Assembly: GCF_006345805.1 (NCBI RefSeq)
Contig: NC_043005.1
Coordinates: 36,456,001 to 36,520,000 of the forward strand
Direction of reading: 5' to 3'
Source of the DNA: Octopus sinensis
Lineage: Eukaryota
DNA length: 64,000 nt
Shown one piece after another: positions 25,527-39,141 of this stretch (position 1 is its first letter; each line of letters opens with the position of its first letter). The position numbers and the translations under genes are program-made. Under the pieces are notes generated by a model. The model ran no database searches, had not been told where the DNA came from, and saw nothing but the letters and a program-made list of their open reading frames with translations.

Positions 25527-27883
25527 CAGGAAAATTCTTTTTTAGCCATGTTGAACATGGCAAAAGAGATACACAAAAATATTCTAGCCATCACTCAACA
25601 CCATCCTATGCTATTACCCCAGTGCACCAATTCCCCACATTGCTGCCACTAGCACACACAAAAAATCCAAGCCCCCTGCAACAGTCAAAACCAGCCACTA
25701 CACTAACCTCCACATTTCTACTCAATGCACAAGGTGTCAGCCCTTCCATCAATGCACAAAAATGGAAGGTCCAATTCATTGAAGACTGGGTTGGTAACCA
25801 TCCACACCACATCCCTTTCTTCATTCTCACTGAGACCCACCTTGACAACTCCCACTTGGAAGCCGAAGTGAGAGTGAAGAATTTCACAACCATCCGCGCG
25901 GATCGTATCGGCAGAAGGAAGGGTGGAACTGCCATTTTCCTTCATGATTCGTTTACGGCAGATGGAAATAGTATATTCTCTAACGGCTACTGTGAATCAG
26001 TCACCGTGCACAACAAAGCCAATGACCTGACAGTAATTGGGCTCTATAGGCCGCCCCAAACACCCATACTGTGCTTTAAAGAATGCCTCAACAGCATTAA
26101 GTGCTTTATTCAACAGTGCCATTCTAGCAACCTACTCATGATGGGAGACTTCAATCTACCCTGTGTTGACTGGACTACAAACTGTTTGAAACCAAGCACT
26201 CCCGCCTCAACCGCTGACAAAGAAGCAGCAGAGTCACTTTTCGACTTTACGAATGAGTTTTTCTTGTCCCAACTTGTCCTTGCACCAACAAGACATCAGA
26301 ACATTTTGGACCTAGTGTTTAGTAACCACACTAACACTATACATAACGTTACAGTGGAAAAAAACCTTCTTTCAGACCATGACATTGTTCTCTGTAACAT
26401 GAAATTCCACCAGCCGAAAGCTAATCCTAGTGACCTCCTTCCAGCCTACCCATTTGACAACATGAATCTCCATAATGCCAACTGGGATGCAATCAGGAAC
26501 GAGCTATCACATGTTGACTGGTCCTTTACACATACACACATCTCCACCAACCATAAAACATCTTGGCAGATCTTTGTAGACACCGTCACAGACATATGTG
26601 CAAAACACTCCCCACCAAGACCTGTGAACAAAAAGTGCAGAATCCCCCAAAACAGAAAAACCATTATCAGAAAAATAAAAAGAACAAACAAAAAAATTAA
26701 CAAACTAAAGTACTGCCAACAGCAACACACACATTCGACGGCTATCGCACTGCTTGAATCCAAAAAATATAACCTCCAACAATGCATGAAGGACCTCATC
26801 AATAACCAAAGATCAGCTGAGGAGAAGTGGGCCATTGAAAAAATCAAACTCAACCCCAAAGTGTTCTTTTCATTTGCGAGGAAACGCAGGGTCACTGTCT
26901 CCATTGTTGGCCCTCTAATTGATGAAACTGGCACTCTCCAAGATAACGCCAAATCCATGGCCGAGATACTGCAGAAACAATACTGCTCTGTTTTCAGCAA
27001 TCCTGATATGGCCGATCTGGGCTGTATCAGTGATGTCAACCCCCAACACACTATATCGGACATAACGTTTAGTGCCCCTGATGTCTTAGCGGCGATAAAC
27101 GAAATAAAACACAATTCAGCAGTAGGCCCCGATAGGTTCCCTGCTTGTGTCCTGAAGGTGTGTCGACACCAACTTGCATCTCCCCTTGCTAATCTGTGGA
27201 GAAACTCACTGGATGCTGGCTATATTCCAAAAAACCTTCTGTCCCAGTCTGTTGTCCCAGTTTTCAAAAAGGGAAACAAGTCCCTTGCAGTGAACTACCG
27301 TCCGATCTCACTCACCTCTCATATCATCAAGGTATTTGAGAGGGTGGTGAGATCTCGAATAACCCAATTTCTGGAAAGCAACAGACGGCTGATCTCCAAC
27401 CAACATGGGTTCCGTAATGGAAGGGACTGCCTAACGCAGCTCCTGCATCACTTTGAGGACATTTTGAGAGCTTTGGGAGAGGGCTCCAACACCGATGTCA
27501 TCTACCTTGATTTCAGTAAGGCCTTCGACAGGGTCGATGACAAGATCCTATTGAAAAAACTATCCAACATTGGTGTCTCTGGAAAGTTACTGAAATGGAT
27601 CAAGTGTTTCCTGACAGACAGATCTCAACATGTTGTAGTTGAATGGGTAAAATCAAGCCCGGCCAAAGTCAGTAGTGGCGTTCCGCAAGGCACTGTGCTG
27701 GGCCCACTTCTTTTCATCATTTACATTAATGACATTAATGACATCATCAAGCACAGCAACATAAAAATCTTTGCAGATGATTCCAAGCTACAGAGGGTCA
27801 TAAATGAGGCGAGTGACCGGACATGCCTTCAGTCAGATCTACTGGCTGTTATCCAATGGGCAGAAAAAACAATATGCTGCTGA
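25526..27883 (+). CDS. LINE ORF2: apurinic-like endonuclease + reverse transcriptase (N-terminal part, frame open from the 5' junction)
   Basis: APE motifs TETHL, RADR..RKGG, GLYRPP, MGDFNLP, PTR..NILDLV, SDHD; RT motifs [55 protein letters not shown] (27770-27781). Confidence 0.93.
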
Positions 27884-28656
27884 ACGAGGATAAATTTGAG
27901 TTAATCCACTTTGGAAAAGAGGATGCCCTGAAACTCCCATACTCCCTTCCTTCAGGTGAAACTCTCGCGGCGTCCAACAACATCAGAGACTTGGGAGTAA
28001 TTGTGGACAACAACATAAGCTGGGCCACTCATATAAACACCAAAGTTGACATGGCCCGCAGAATGTGTTCCTGGATTCTCAGAACTTTCCAGTCGAGAGA
28101 TATCCACACCATTATCCTTCTCTTCTCCACTTTTGCCCGACCCCACCTTGAATACTGTTGTCCACTGTGGTCTCCCCACACAATACAAGGTATCATAAAA
28201 GTTGAAGCACCTCAAAGGGCAATCACAAAAAAGATAGATGGCATGACAGGCCTCGACTATTGGGGTCGACTAGAAAAGCTAAAACTCTATTCTCTCCAAC
28301 GTCGTCGTGAGCGCTACATCATCTGCATGATGTGGAAAATATTCCATCAGCATTGCCCAAATGATGTTGGCATCACCTTTAAGGTACATCCAAGGCTTGG
28401 GCCCCGTGCCATCCGCCCAAAACAAAAATCGCACTCTCATCTCATAACAACAATACGGCACAATTATTTCACCTCAATTGGCCCCGCTCTCTTTAACATT
28501 ACACCAAAACACATTAAAACAGAGACTGACCCTATAGGGTTCAAGAAGTCTTTGGACAGATTCCTTCAAGAAATCCCGGATAAACCCCCTACACCCGGAT
28601 ATGTCTCTGTAAACAATAACTCTCTACTTGAGTGGGCCATAGTGCCCAAATTCTGA
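27864..28656 (+). CDS. LINE ORF2 C-terminal part after a -1 frameshift in the A6 run at 27864-27869
   Basis: Adding one A gives [21 protein letters not shown], continuing through IRDLGVIVD, RPHLEYC, SLQRRRERY to the stop at 28656. Confidence 0.9.
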
Positions 28657-29079
28657 CTTGAAAAACTTCACCAGGTGGTGCTATTAAGTTAGACATGGCC
28701 TGGGCCAATAATGGCCGAAACCTATCAAAGTATCAAAGTATATATATATATATATATAATATATATATATATATATGTGTGTGTGTGTACAACAAAAGCG
28801 TACGAAACACGAATACATGGAACTTGAACTATTCTTTCGAACAACGAAAGGCACAAATGGCAAACAAAACAAACAACACAAAAACGACCTTTCATCAGTT
28901 ATTGGCTGTTTTTCTACTCTCGTATTTCGAGCATTTAACAACAATATACAGTTGCTCCCGCAAAGCAAATTAGATAAAATTTGGGATTTTGCGAAGGATG
29001 AAAATAGGAAACACAAACAGGACAGTGAAAACAAACATGAAGGGCTGCTAAGCTTAAACTATGTTATATATATATACAT

Positions 29080-29120
<41 letters not shown>

Positions 29121-29399
29121 CGTATTTATGTATGTTTGTGTGTAGTGTTAAGAGATTTGTGTGTTTAATATTAATTAGTAGTGCATTGTTTCTAAATAGT
29201 TTCATTATTGATTTTTACCGATTGTTACTTGGCATGTCTTGTAAACGGAAATAGAGAAATTATTTATTGATCATTAAAAGCAATGTCTCCTGGAAATATC
29301 AAACACAAATGAAGACATATTGAATGTGTGCTTGTGTATGTACGCACATATATATTATGTGTGTGTGTGTATACATAAACATACAAAAGAAACAATTAC

Positions 29400-29620
29400 C
29401 CCAATAATTCTAATTTTGGCACAACGCCAGCAGTTTTGAGGGAAGGGTCAAATCGATTATATCCACCTCCAGTACTTCAGTGGTATCTATTTTATCGACC
29501 CGAAATAATGAACGCTAAAGTCGATCTCGGCGGACTTTACTCACAGAACGTAAGGAACCAGAAGAAACGCCGCAAATTAATTCGTCTGACATGCTAACAA
29601 TTCTACCGGCTCGTCGCCGT
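29400..29620 (-). mobile_element. SINE family B (B1 tail)
   Basis: TTTTGGCACAACGCCAGCA...AAAGTCGATCTCGGCGG...ATGCTAACAATTCTACC. Confidence 0.8.
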
Positions 29621-30351
29621 ATGTACCCTAATACTAAATGTAAGCGTCCTAAGAATTACAATACAATAAAAAAGACAACAATATACTGATATCGCTGAAT
29701 GATTGAGAGGTTCACTTGAGTATAATGAAGACTCAGGAGGTTCGATCTCACTGCGTGTCATCTTGGACAGCTTTCTATCATTTCTTATCGATCTAAGACG
29801 TCAGTGTACGAGTGTATATTCCTTGTTGTTATACACACAAAACACTCTAGGTACACAAAGAAATTCAGGCCCAAACATAGATATCTTATAGAAATTGCCC
29901 ATCAGAAAAGGCAGTGGAGCAGTACCCATAGGTTTGCAGAATACAGCTGCTACAAAAACAGAGAAACAAAATTCGGTGTAATTCATGCCGTTGATGTATA
30001 TTTCGGACATCTGTCATCATCAGAAACAAACACGGGTGCTCAACCAACTAAGTGATTGCTCAACAATAGCAAATGAAATTCACTCTAAATCGTATTATAG
30101 CATTTCAGAGAAGAAAGAAACTACCCTGTGTATTGCGATATAATTTCTTTCAACGTTCTTTAAACATTTTTAGGCCTGCTGTAGCAGAACTAGACAACAA
30201 CAACAACAGCAGCAGCAGCAGTAGCACCACCACCACCACCACGAAGAACAACGACAATAACAACAGTAGCAACAGCAGCATAAGCAATAACAGTATTGAG
30301 ACGCGTGAGGGGATGAAGATTGTGCTATTTCAGAGAGAAAATATATATATT

Positions 30352-30469
30352 TCGGGGTCGATAAATAAAGTACCAGTTACGCACTGGGGTCGATGTAATC
30401 GACTTAATCCGTTTGTCTGTCCTTGTTTGTCCTCTCTGTGTTTAGCCCATTATGGGCAGTAAAGAAATA
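30352..30469 (+). mobile_element. 5'-truncated SINE B2 with 14-bp TSD
   Basis: GCTATTTCAGAGAG at 30324-30337 and 30470-30483. Confidence 0.85.
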
Positions 30470-31063
30470 GCTATTTCAGAGAGGAAAGGATTACGGGTAG
30501 GTTTGACAGTAAAGCATATGTGCTCGAGTTTTGGTAGATATGTAACCAAGTAGTTGCGATAAAAAGAGGGGTTGTAATTAAAGAAACGAAAGGGAGAAGA
30601 GTAACAAAAATATTGGTCTGTAAGCTAGGTGTTGTTGTAGCGTTGGTGATTGATTTTTACCTTTATCAGTTAAGCGCATTCTTTTGTATGTTATCTTATT
30701 CGTAAGAAAAACAAATGTCTATCTATCTATCTATCTATCTATCTAATACAAGATGAATACATATATTACGTATGTGAACGCGCATGTGCGAACAAACACG
30801 CAGACGTACACATACATATACACACATACACGTGAGCACATAGGTGCAAAAACAAGGTGGAGAAAACAGTACACTACTGGATTACCAAAAATAGAGCAAA
30901 ATATGTTTTTTAAAGAAGCTGAAAAAAGACTTCACGATACGTCACTCAGTTTCGCGTAACCTTCCGTCAGACAGTATTGCTTGACGAACGGTTGCGTGAA
31001 AGTCTGAAAAAGAAAATGTGAAGATTTTTCAATTTCAATTACATACATATGGGTGCACGGACG

Positions 31064-31089
<26 letters not shown>

Positions 31090-31117
<28 letters not shown>

Positions 31118-31127
31118 AGTATTTATA

Positions 31128-31158
<31 letters not shown>

Positions 31159-31202
31159 CAAGCATTTATATATATATTCATATATATATATATACAAGTA
31201 TT

Positions 31203-31234
<32 letters not shown>

Positions 31235-31316
31235 AAAGTATTTATATATATATATATACATATATATATATAAAAGTATTTACATATATATACATACATA
31301 TATATATATATACAAG

Positions 31317-31348
<32 letters not shown>

Positions 31349-31625
31349 CAAGTATTTATATATATATACATATATATATATATTATATATACAAGGATTT
31401 ATATATATATATACATAATATATATATACAAGTATTTATATATATATAAAGAAATTAAATATAAAATATAAATTACAAAGTGGGACAAGAACGCAAAAAC
31501 ACCCAAGGAGACGACACAAAAAAAACAGACGGGTCACTCGAAGCCTCTAATCTTCAGTCGGGATATATACATATATATATATATATACAAGTATTTATAT
31601 ATATACATATATATATATATACAAG

Positions 31626-31665
<40 letters not shown>

Positions 31666-31780
31666 CAAGTATTTATATATATATATATATATATATACAT
31701 ATATATGTATATACAAGTATTTATATATATATATATATACATACATACATGTATATGTAAGTATATATATATATATAGTT
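31090..31780. repeat. (TA)n-derived minisatellite with recurring CAAGTATTT interruption
   Basis: TATACAAGTATTTATATATA-type unit repeated more than 10 times. Confidence 0.9.
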
Positions 31781-32108
31781 GATCCGATCAACGGAACAGC
31801 CTGCTCGTGAAATTAACGTGCAAGTGGCTGAGCACTCCACAGACTCGTGTACCCTCAACGTAGTTCTCGGGGAAATTCAGCGCGACACAGCGTGACAAGA
31901 CTTTGAAATACAGGTACAACAGAAACAGGAAAAAAGAGTCAGAGAAAGTTGAGGTGCAGGAGTATAGCAGGGTTCACTCTCCATCTGCTGGATTCTCTTG
32001 GCGCTTTAGGTGTTTTCGCTCAATAAACACTCATAGCGCCCGGTCTGGGAATCGAAACAGCGATCCTTCCACCGCGAGTCCGCTACCTTAACCACTGAGC
32101 CATTGCGC
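31778..32108 (-). mobile_element. SINE family D
   Basis: Collinear with 13835-14232. Confidence 0.9.
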
Positions 32109-32599
32109 CACACACACAAACACAACATGTCAGTGCAATCAGTTTTCCAACAGCAACTGTTTGCTCAATGCTAAATGCCTAGCTAAGGCAATTACTAACC
32201 AGAAACGCATAATATTACATAAAAAATATTATATTATTATAATATCTATGATATATTCAAATACACTAATGTAAATAACATCTGTGGAACTCGAATTTAA
32301 TTATAAGATGAAGAAAAACTAAGTGCACAGTGATAAACTGTGTCTAAGTAAAACAATCGTCCCCATAGCTCAAATTACATATGAAGATGTTTATGAAAGA
32401 CGTTGAAAGAAATTATATCGGAATACACGAGGGTAGTTTCAAGTTTGTTTTCTTAACCATCACTCCTCTTTCGTGAATAAGACTGGAGGACAACTTATGA
32501 AAATAACACAATAGACGTATGTGTGTGTTTGAGAGACGTGTGCATATATACATGTACTATATATATATATATGTACAATTTACAAGGCAAACTGCTTTC

Positions 32600-33660
32600 T
32601 TTTGGCTCTCGCTGCTCTAATAAAGCATGGCGACATCCAGTTGTGTAAGTCAACCCCTTTCGTACCTCCCAAATATGTCCCATCGCAACAACGAAATGTA
32701 ACTGCTGGAGGAGGAAGAGCAATTCCCCATCATTTATTTGGCATTTACTTCAGCCAACCAGACAGGAGCAATCCAAAATAAGGTGCCTGAGTGAAGGATA
32801 CAAAGCGTCACCTGGTTTAAGAATGGGGCAAATATATGACCTAATAATCGTAAGCACCTAACCAACGATGGAATTGTTCAATCCGAATTTAGTACACTTG
32901 TAAAAAATCTCTTCCTACAAACTCTGTCTATTTATATATGTAAACTGAACCGTAAAAGAAAGGTGACGCATACTAAATAGAAACCATTTTATTAACAGAT
33001 TGGCATTGTATTGATTGAAGGGTGCTAAATAAGAAACCGTTATTTCCTAATGATAAAACATCATTTCCTGAAAAAAGTTTGACGTCTCATGGGGTCACGT
33101 GATGGTGGAGTGTTTTGGATCCAAATAGATGAGCTCAATCTCTCGTATGACTACCGTTGACGTTCAAAAGGGTCATGTGGTGTGAATGAAATTTTGAGAA
33201 TGTTGTGGTAGTATTAAGTAGATAGAGAGGAGAGAAAAATGTGTATGTTAAAATGAGGAGAATGGTCAAAATGAATAGATGAGGAAAGAAGAAAGTGAGA
33301 GGAAGAGAATATGAAAAAATAAAATAAAATGAAAAAAGTAAAAAAAGAAAAAAGGAGTGTTAGTTGGTGGTCAAGATATTATGAGGGGAATTGGAGAGGA
33401 GTAGGGAGGGAAAGGAAGAGATAAGAATGTAAGGAATGAATATGCATGAGAAGTGCATGGTGGGGTCATATGTTCGAACGGCACTAAGATGGAGTGATGG
33501 GTACAGAAAATGGTAGAAAGGGCACGGTTACTAGAGTCAGTAATGAACCTCGAAAAGGAAGGGAAGAATAATAAGATATAATAGTCAAGTTTCTAAAAAT
33601 AGACGGAAATGTTTATTGCATTGGCTAATGTGATGGATGGTGGGGGCTGAGGAATCAGAG
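32600..33660 (-). pseudogene. Possible heavily decayed Penelope-like element (GIY-YIG region)
   Basis: Weak collinear fragments IQCQSVNKMV.. / GSVYI.. / RHLILDC..VG (cf. FTCxSxNVVY..YIGET..EQHLIFxLGTL.PxG). Confidence 0.3.
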
Positions 33661-33809
33661 ACAGAAAAAAGTGTATATTAATATACGCACGCGCGCACAA
33701 ACATACATATACGTGTGTGTATGCACTGTTATATAGGTCCGTATACTTAGTTATTTAAACCCATATATATATATATATGTATATATGTATGTTGGGTGTG
33801 TGTCTGTTT

Positions 33810-33995
33810 CTCTTTTTTTACCCGTCGATAACCGGTGATGGTTTGTTTGCGGTCCAGTAACAGCCATTCGGCACGACGGCCCCATAGAATGACTACCATA
33901 CTTGAGAAGTAAGTACTGGGATCTACTTGTGTGACTAAACCCCTCAAAGCAGTGCCTTGCATGGCAACAGTCCAATAACTGAAACAAGTAAAAGA
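33810..33995 (+). mobile_element. SINE family C, 3' fragment
   Basis: AACCGGTGATGGTTTGTTT...CAGTCCAATAACTGAAACAAGTAAAAGAG. Confidence 0.7.
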
Positions 33996-35129
33996 GAAAA
34001 AAATTCCTTTTATATTTTCAATTTATTTTTATCTTGTCAGTGGTTTGTCATATAATCAATTGGACACTTACGTATGTGTCTCGTGAGACTATAGCTGAAA
34101 TTTGAGCTCCTTCTCTGGAACATAATTAATGCTAATAGCTTCTATTGTTAACATAAATTGGTTCGGTTTTATGTCACTAACTTGCATAATTAGAATTTGG
34201 GGTTAGCACAGTTCAATTGGTTTCTAATTAGTTTCGCGAAAATTCAGGTTGGACAGAGTCGAAGTTCCTTTTGTTACAAGTTAAACTATGAGTACTTCTG
34301 GTCCCTACAGTAACAATTGTATTATGTTACGGTCAGAGAACATCGCTGAAGCTACCTTCCCATTGTAGACAGATTTGACAGGAAATGTTAAAGGGTCTGG
34401 TTTATTGTTATTTCTAGTCGAATTAACTATAGTTTACGCTATAAATTATTTTTTATAGTAAAAAAAACAAAAAAACAAAACACAGTCTCTTTAACAGTTG
34501 TCAATGAACAGCCATTCCTAGTTCAAAATGTCGAAATTATCCCAAGGAAACATGTTGATGTAAGGATCTAATCTGATTAACACGTCTTTCTCCGAGGATT
34601 TCCTCAAATCTTGTGCAATGATTAAGGTATCTAGTTGGCGAGATTTTGTTCATATAAATAGGCTGTATGGCAGAGTCCTTATGTCGTCGAATAGACTGAC
34701 TTCCTGGAACCACTCCCATCGTCCATCTACGTTGAAATCTGGCCGAGGTCAACTATGCCTATCATCCTTTCGAGGTCAATAAATACCAATCCTGTACTGG
34801 AACTGATTGTTGTCTTTCTGTCTCTCAAGGCTTTTCTCCACGTCTAACCACGGACGATTTATTCCAGAGGAAAAACTAAATGCCTGTGGCGAAAAGTGAA
34901 GTTAGGTCAGTGGAATAATACCCAAGACATGGCGTTTGTCAAGACAGTATCCCAAAGACTATGGCAAGGAGCTAAAAGCTAAGCTGTACATTGCTGTATA
35001 TACATATTAGTGTGACATAAACTGAGATTGACAGTTGAACTAAATAGGAGACATGTTCATGAATATCCTCTATGAAAAATGTTTATGGGTTAACTATTGC
35101 GAGTTTAATGTGTGAGGTGGTCTTAAGGA

Positions 35130-35430
35130 GGCTAGCTAGCAGAATCGTTAGCACGCCAGCCGAAATGCTTAACAGCATTTCGTCCGTCTTTACGTTTTGA
35201 GTTGAAATTCCGCCCAGGTCGACTTTGCCTTTCGAGGTCAATAGAATAAATACCAGCTGAGAAATGGGGGTCGATGTAATCGATATATTCCTCCCTCGAA
35301 TTTTCTGTCCTGGTGCCAAAGTTTGAAACCAACATATAGATGTCCTTTCGGCGTCGATAAATAAGTAGCAGTCGATAAAATAAGTACCAGTCGAAATTGC
35401 TGGCCTTGTGCCAAATTTTGAAATCAATAT
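35130..35430 (+). mobile_element. SINE family B with partially duplicated 3' end
   Basis: GCAGAATCGTTAGCACGCC head; the GTCGATAAAATAAGTACCAG and CCTTGTGCCAAA segments recur. Confidence 0.85.
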
Positions 35431-35952
35431 GTGAAATGGCTTAAGAAAACGGTGTGAATTGTTATGTTTTTGTCTATGTTGAACACAAGCCTATTTCCCT
35501 ATTGACTTCTTTCTATTCCTTTCTTTATGGTGGCTGATAATTTACTACTGGGACAGTTTGTATGGAGAAAATGGTCTTCGCCAATTTTCTTTGACGTGTG
35601 TGTACTCAAATATTTTACTTTTGTCTCTTCTTTTCGGTATTTAGTTCTGGTGATTCGAGATTCTAAGACCTGTTTGTCAAGCTGTAGTCATTTAGTTCTT
35701 GAACAACATGAGTCGATAAAATGTATGATCAAATGTAGTGATTTTAGGTAATCCTAACAGGTCGAGTAACAATAGAGAAGCTCTCTATTTGCGCTTAAGT
35801 CACCTCATTTTGTATACTATTAATACAGCTTGCCATAAACGTGTGTACACGGAGATTGTCTCTATTTCTAATATCCGTAAACAACGTGTAGCTATAGCAG
35901 TCCTAGTTTCTATCGTTGTCTAGCTCAAGCCACCCTTATAAAGGCATCAGTT

Positions 35953-36191
35953 TTAATATATATTTCTTTACTACTCACAGGGGGCTAAACACAGAGGGGA
36001 CAAACAAGGACAGACACACGGATTAAGTCGATTATATCGACCCCAGTGCGTAACTGGTACTTAATTTATCGACCCCGAAAGGATGAAAAGCAAAGTCGAC
36101 CTCGGTGGAATTTGAACTCAGAACGTAACGGCAGACGAAATACGGCTACGCATTTCGCCCGGCGTGCTAACGTTTCTGCCAGCTCACCACG
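35953..36191 (-). mobile_element. Full-length SINE B2 with 17-bp TSD
   Basis: TTATAAAGGCATCAGTT at 35936-35952 and 36192-36208. Confidence 0.9.
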
Positions 36192-36799
36192 TTATAAAGG
36201 CATCAGTTATTAAAGGCATTCCAGCGTGTTCATACCGTCTACGTGTAAAAAACCCAAGTCAATTGTACCAGTGTTCTGTTTTAGAACAACCTGGAATAAT
36301 TTGAGAGAAATTTTGGCTCTAATTTCTAGCAAGTAAAACAACTACGTAGATGCTCCCTTGTTAGATAACTACATTTTCAAATATAATCTACAAGTAACTG
36401 AATCATTCGTATTGTGCAATTTTTTACCTGGTTTTATTCCCTTTTTGGTTGAGAACTATCAAGTGTAATCAATGTTCCTCCATATGACAGCAAGCGACCA
36501 TTCCTCTTTTTATACTGGGGATTTTAAAGATATTTCTCAGATTACTCCTCCGTACTCCTTTCAATTTTGTAGAGTATTTGGATAACTAGTATTGATTAGT
36601 TACCAGAGAAGGTAGTGTCTGACTCCCCAAAAACCCTCCAAGTATGGAGTGAGGGAGAGAAAAGGAAGAGAGAAGAGGAAAAAGCTTGTATCAGAATAGA
36701 CTCCGTTAAAGGTGCTCAACGATCACGGGTTGGTGTTAAGCACAACAACGAGGCATAATTAATGCTGATAGCTTGTATTACTGAAATAACCGAATGCAG

Positions 36800-36985
36800 A
36801 GAGCTGGCAGAATCGTTAGCACGCAGGGTAAAATACTTAGCAGCATTTCGTCTGATTTTATGTTGAGTTCGAATTCCGCCGAGGTCGATAAAATAAGTAC
36901 CAATTAAGCACTGAGGCACGATGCTCTCGATTTACCGACTCCCCGAACTTGCTGGTCTTGTGCCAAAATTTGAAACCATTATTGG
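36800..36985 (+). mobile_element. SINE family B
   Basis: GAGCTGGCAGAATCGTTAGCACGC head and CTTGTGCCAAAATTTGAAACC tail. Confidence 0.85.
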
Positions 36986-37299
36986 CATAACTGGTCTTAT
37001 GGCCTGACTTTGTATAAACAGAAGTTTGGCCCAGCACTCAGTTGAATTAATTTCTTATTAGATTCGTGAAAACTCAGGTTGAGAAGAGTTGAAGTTCTCT
37101 GTTAGAGGTTAAACTTTAAGTCATATCGGATCATATACTCTATATACTAATCGAAAAGTTCTGTTATTGTTGTATTCTCTGCCCACTACACTTTTTAGGT
37201 TTTGGTGTTACCTGGTCAGTTGGGGACATCTTGACCCTACTTAATTTCTGTTGCATAATATAACCTTTACCTACACACACCTATATGATGGGTCGAAGG

Positions 37300-37685
37300 T
37301 TCAGGCATGGATGTGTGTTAAGAAGCTTGCTTCCCAAGCATATGCTTCCTTGTTCAGTCCCACTGTGTGGCATCTTGGGCAAGTGCCCTATACTATAGCT
37401 TAGTCTGCCCAAAGTATTGTCAGGGGATTTGGTAGACGGAAACTGAAAGAAGCCCGTCGTATATGTATATATATAGATGTATATATTTATGCGTGCATGT
37501 GTCTTTATGTCTGTGCTTGTCCCCCTCCATCGTTTGACAACTGATGTTGGTGTGTTTATGCCCTCGTAACTTATCAGTTCGTCAAACGAGACCGATAGAA
37601 TAAGTACCAGGCTTACAAAGAATAAATCCTGGGGCCAGCATGGTCACTGCCAAATGACCGAAACGTATTAAAGAATAAAAGAATA
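37300..37685 (+). mobile_element. SINE family C
   Basis: Collinear with 61555-61953. Confidence 0.85.
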
Positions 37686-38734
37686 TTGAGCAGAATTCAA
37701 TAAATATTTCCGGCAGATCAGCGGAGGAATAAAATGCAATGCTGAAGTTGAGTGACAGAATTCGAGCTCGTCATTAATCTAACCAACAAAATTAATCTGC
37801 TCGATGCGTTACTATCTATGCTAACCTTACAGACTTGATTAAAATATCAGAAAAAAATAAACGTTTCCTCGGGAGAGCAAGTGAGCTTGCTACTTGACAA
37901 CTGTATTACTTTACAGTCTTAGGGAAGACTACAGGTTTTATCCATGTGTTTTGGACTCCAGTGAGGTTTGAATACAGAATGTAAACTACTAGAACAAATA
38001 TCACAACATGTCTCAGCTAGTATTATAACAATTCTGCCAGTTAACCGTCATAGATTGATTGCCTACTTTATTGATCTAGGAGGATTGATCTCAGCGTTAA
38101 TTGAACTTAAAACTTTGAAAGCTGGAATAAATACTGCAAACCATCTCGTCCGATGCTCTAACGACCCTACCATCTCATCGCCTTGGTATCGAGGAAATAG
38201 ATTGCTGGATCTGTAGATTGACTGATAAAATGCAACACTTATCTATAATCTATTTATGCTCTGAGTTCAAATACCGCTGAGATTGATTAAAGTTGTTTTC
38301 CATCCTTCTGGTCTCGATAACTTAACAGAAGTAAAATACTGCATAAAATTCTGTAGATAACAACATGTTACAATGTGTTTATTTACTGAAAGGAGTAAAC
38401 ATTTTAGAATTCTTTTCTCTTCGGAGAGAGGGAATACTGGATCTAATATTTGTTACAAAATTATAAGTATTTATATATTTTTGAAGAAAAACTAATATCC
38501 GAAAGAGTTATTCATCTCTCCTTACAACATGTAAATGCATTGTTATTTAATTTACATTAACAATCATTTAATGGATTTACTTTTGCCGATAACGCAGACA
38601 ATCACCATGTTCGTTGATTTTGTAATTCTCCATGATATACTGCACTGAAGTTAATCTACTGTAACCTTGTCCCAAACTGAGGTCATTGCTATTATGATAG
38701 AAATCGATATTATCCAACGATCTAAGGCGAACTG

Positions 38735-39098
38735 GGAGACGCGTTAGCACGCTGGACAAAATTCGCAGTAGCATTTCGCCTGTCTTTACGTTCTAAGTTC
38801 AAATACGGATGTCGACTTTGACTTTCATCCTTTCGATATTTATAAAATAAATACCAGTCGATGTAATCGACTAGCCCACTTTCCACAAAATTTAAAGCCT
38901 CGTGCCTATAGAAGAAGGGGTTATTATTATTATTATTATTATTATTATTGGTCGACTTTTCCTTTCATCCTTTCGAGGTCGATAAATTAAGTACCAGTTA
39001 CGCACTGGGGTCGGTATAATCGACTTAATCCGTTTGTCTCCCCTGTGTTTAGCCCCCTGTGGGCAATAAAGAAATAAAAAATATTATTATTATTATTA

Positions 39099-39140
<42 letters not shown>
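38735..39140 (+). mobile_element. SINE B1 with a truncated B2 inserted in its (TAT)n tail
   Basis: B1 body, (TAT)n, B2 3' part from 38950, then (TAT)n resumes. Confidence 0.8.

Positions 39141-39141
<1 letters not shown>

Larger units (their letters stand above)
25526..28740 (+). mobile_element. 5'-truncated CR1/L2-group non-LTR retrotransposon inserted in (TA)n
   Basis: APE + RT coding region, ~80-nt 3' UTR with a GGCC-AATAAT-GGCC stem-loop, (TATCAAAG)2 tail; (TA)n on both flanks. Confidence 0.92.
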
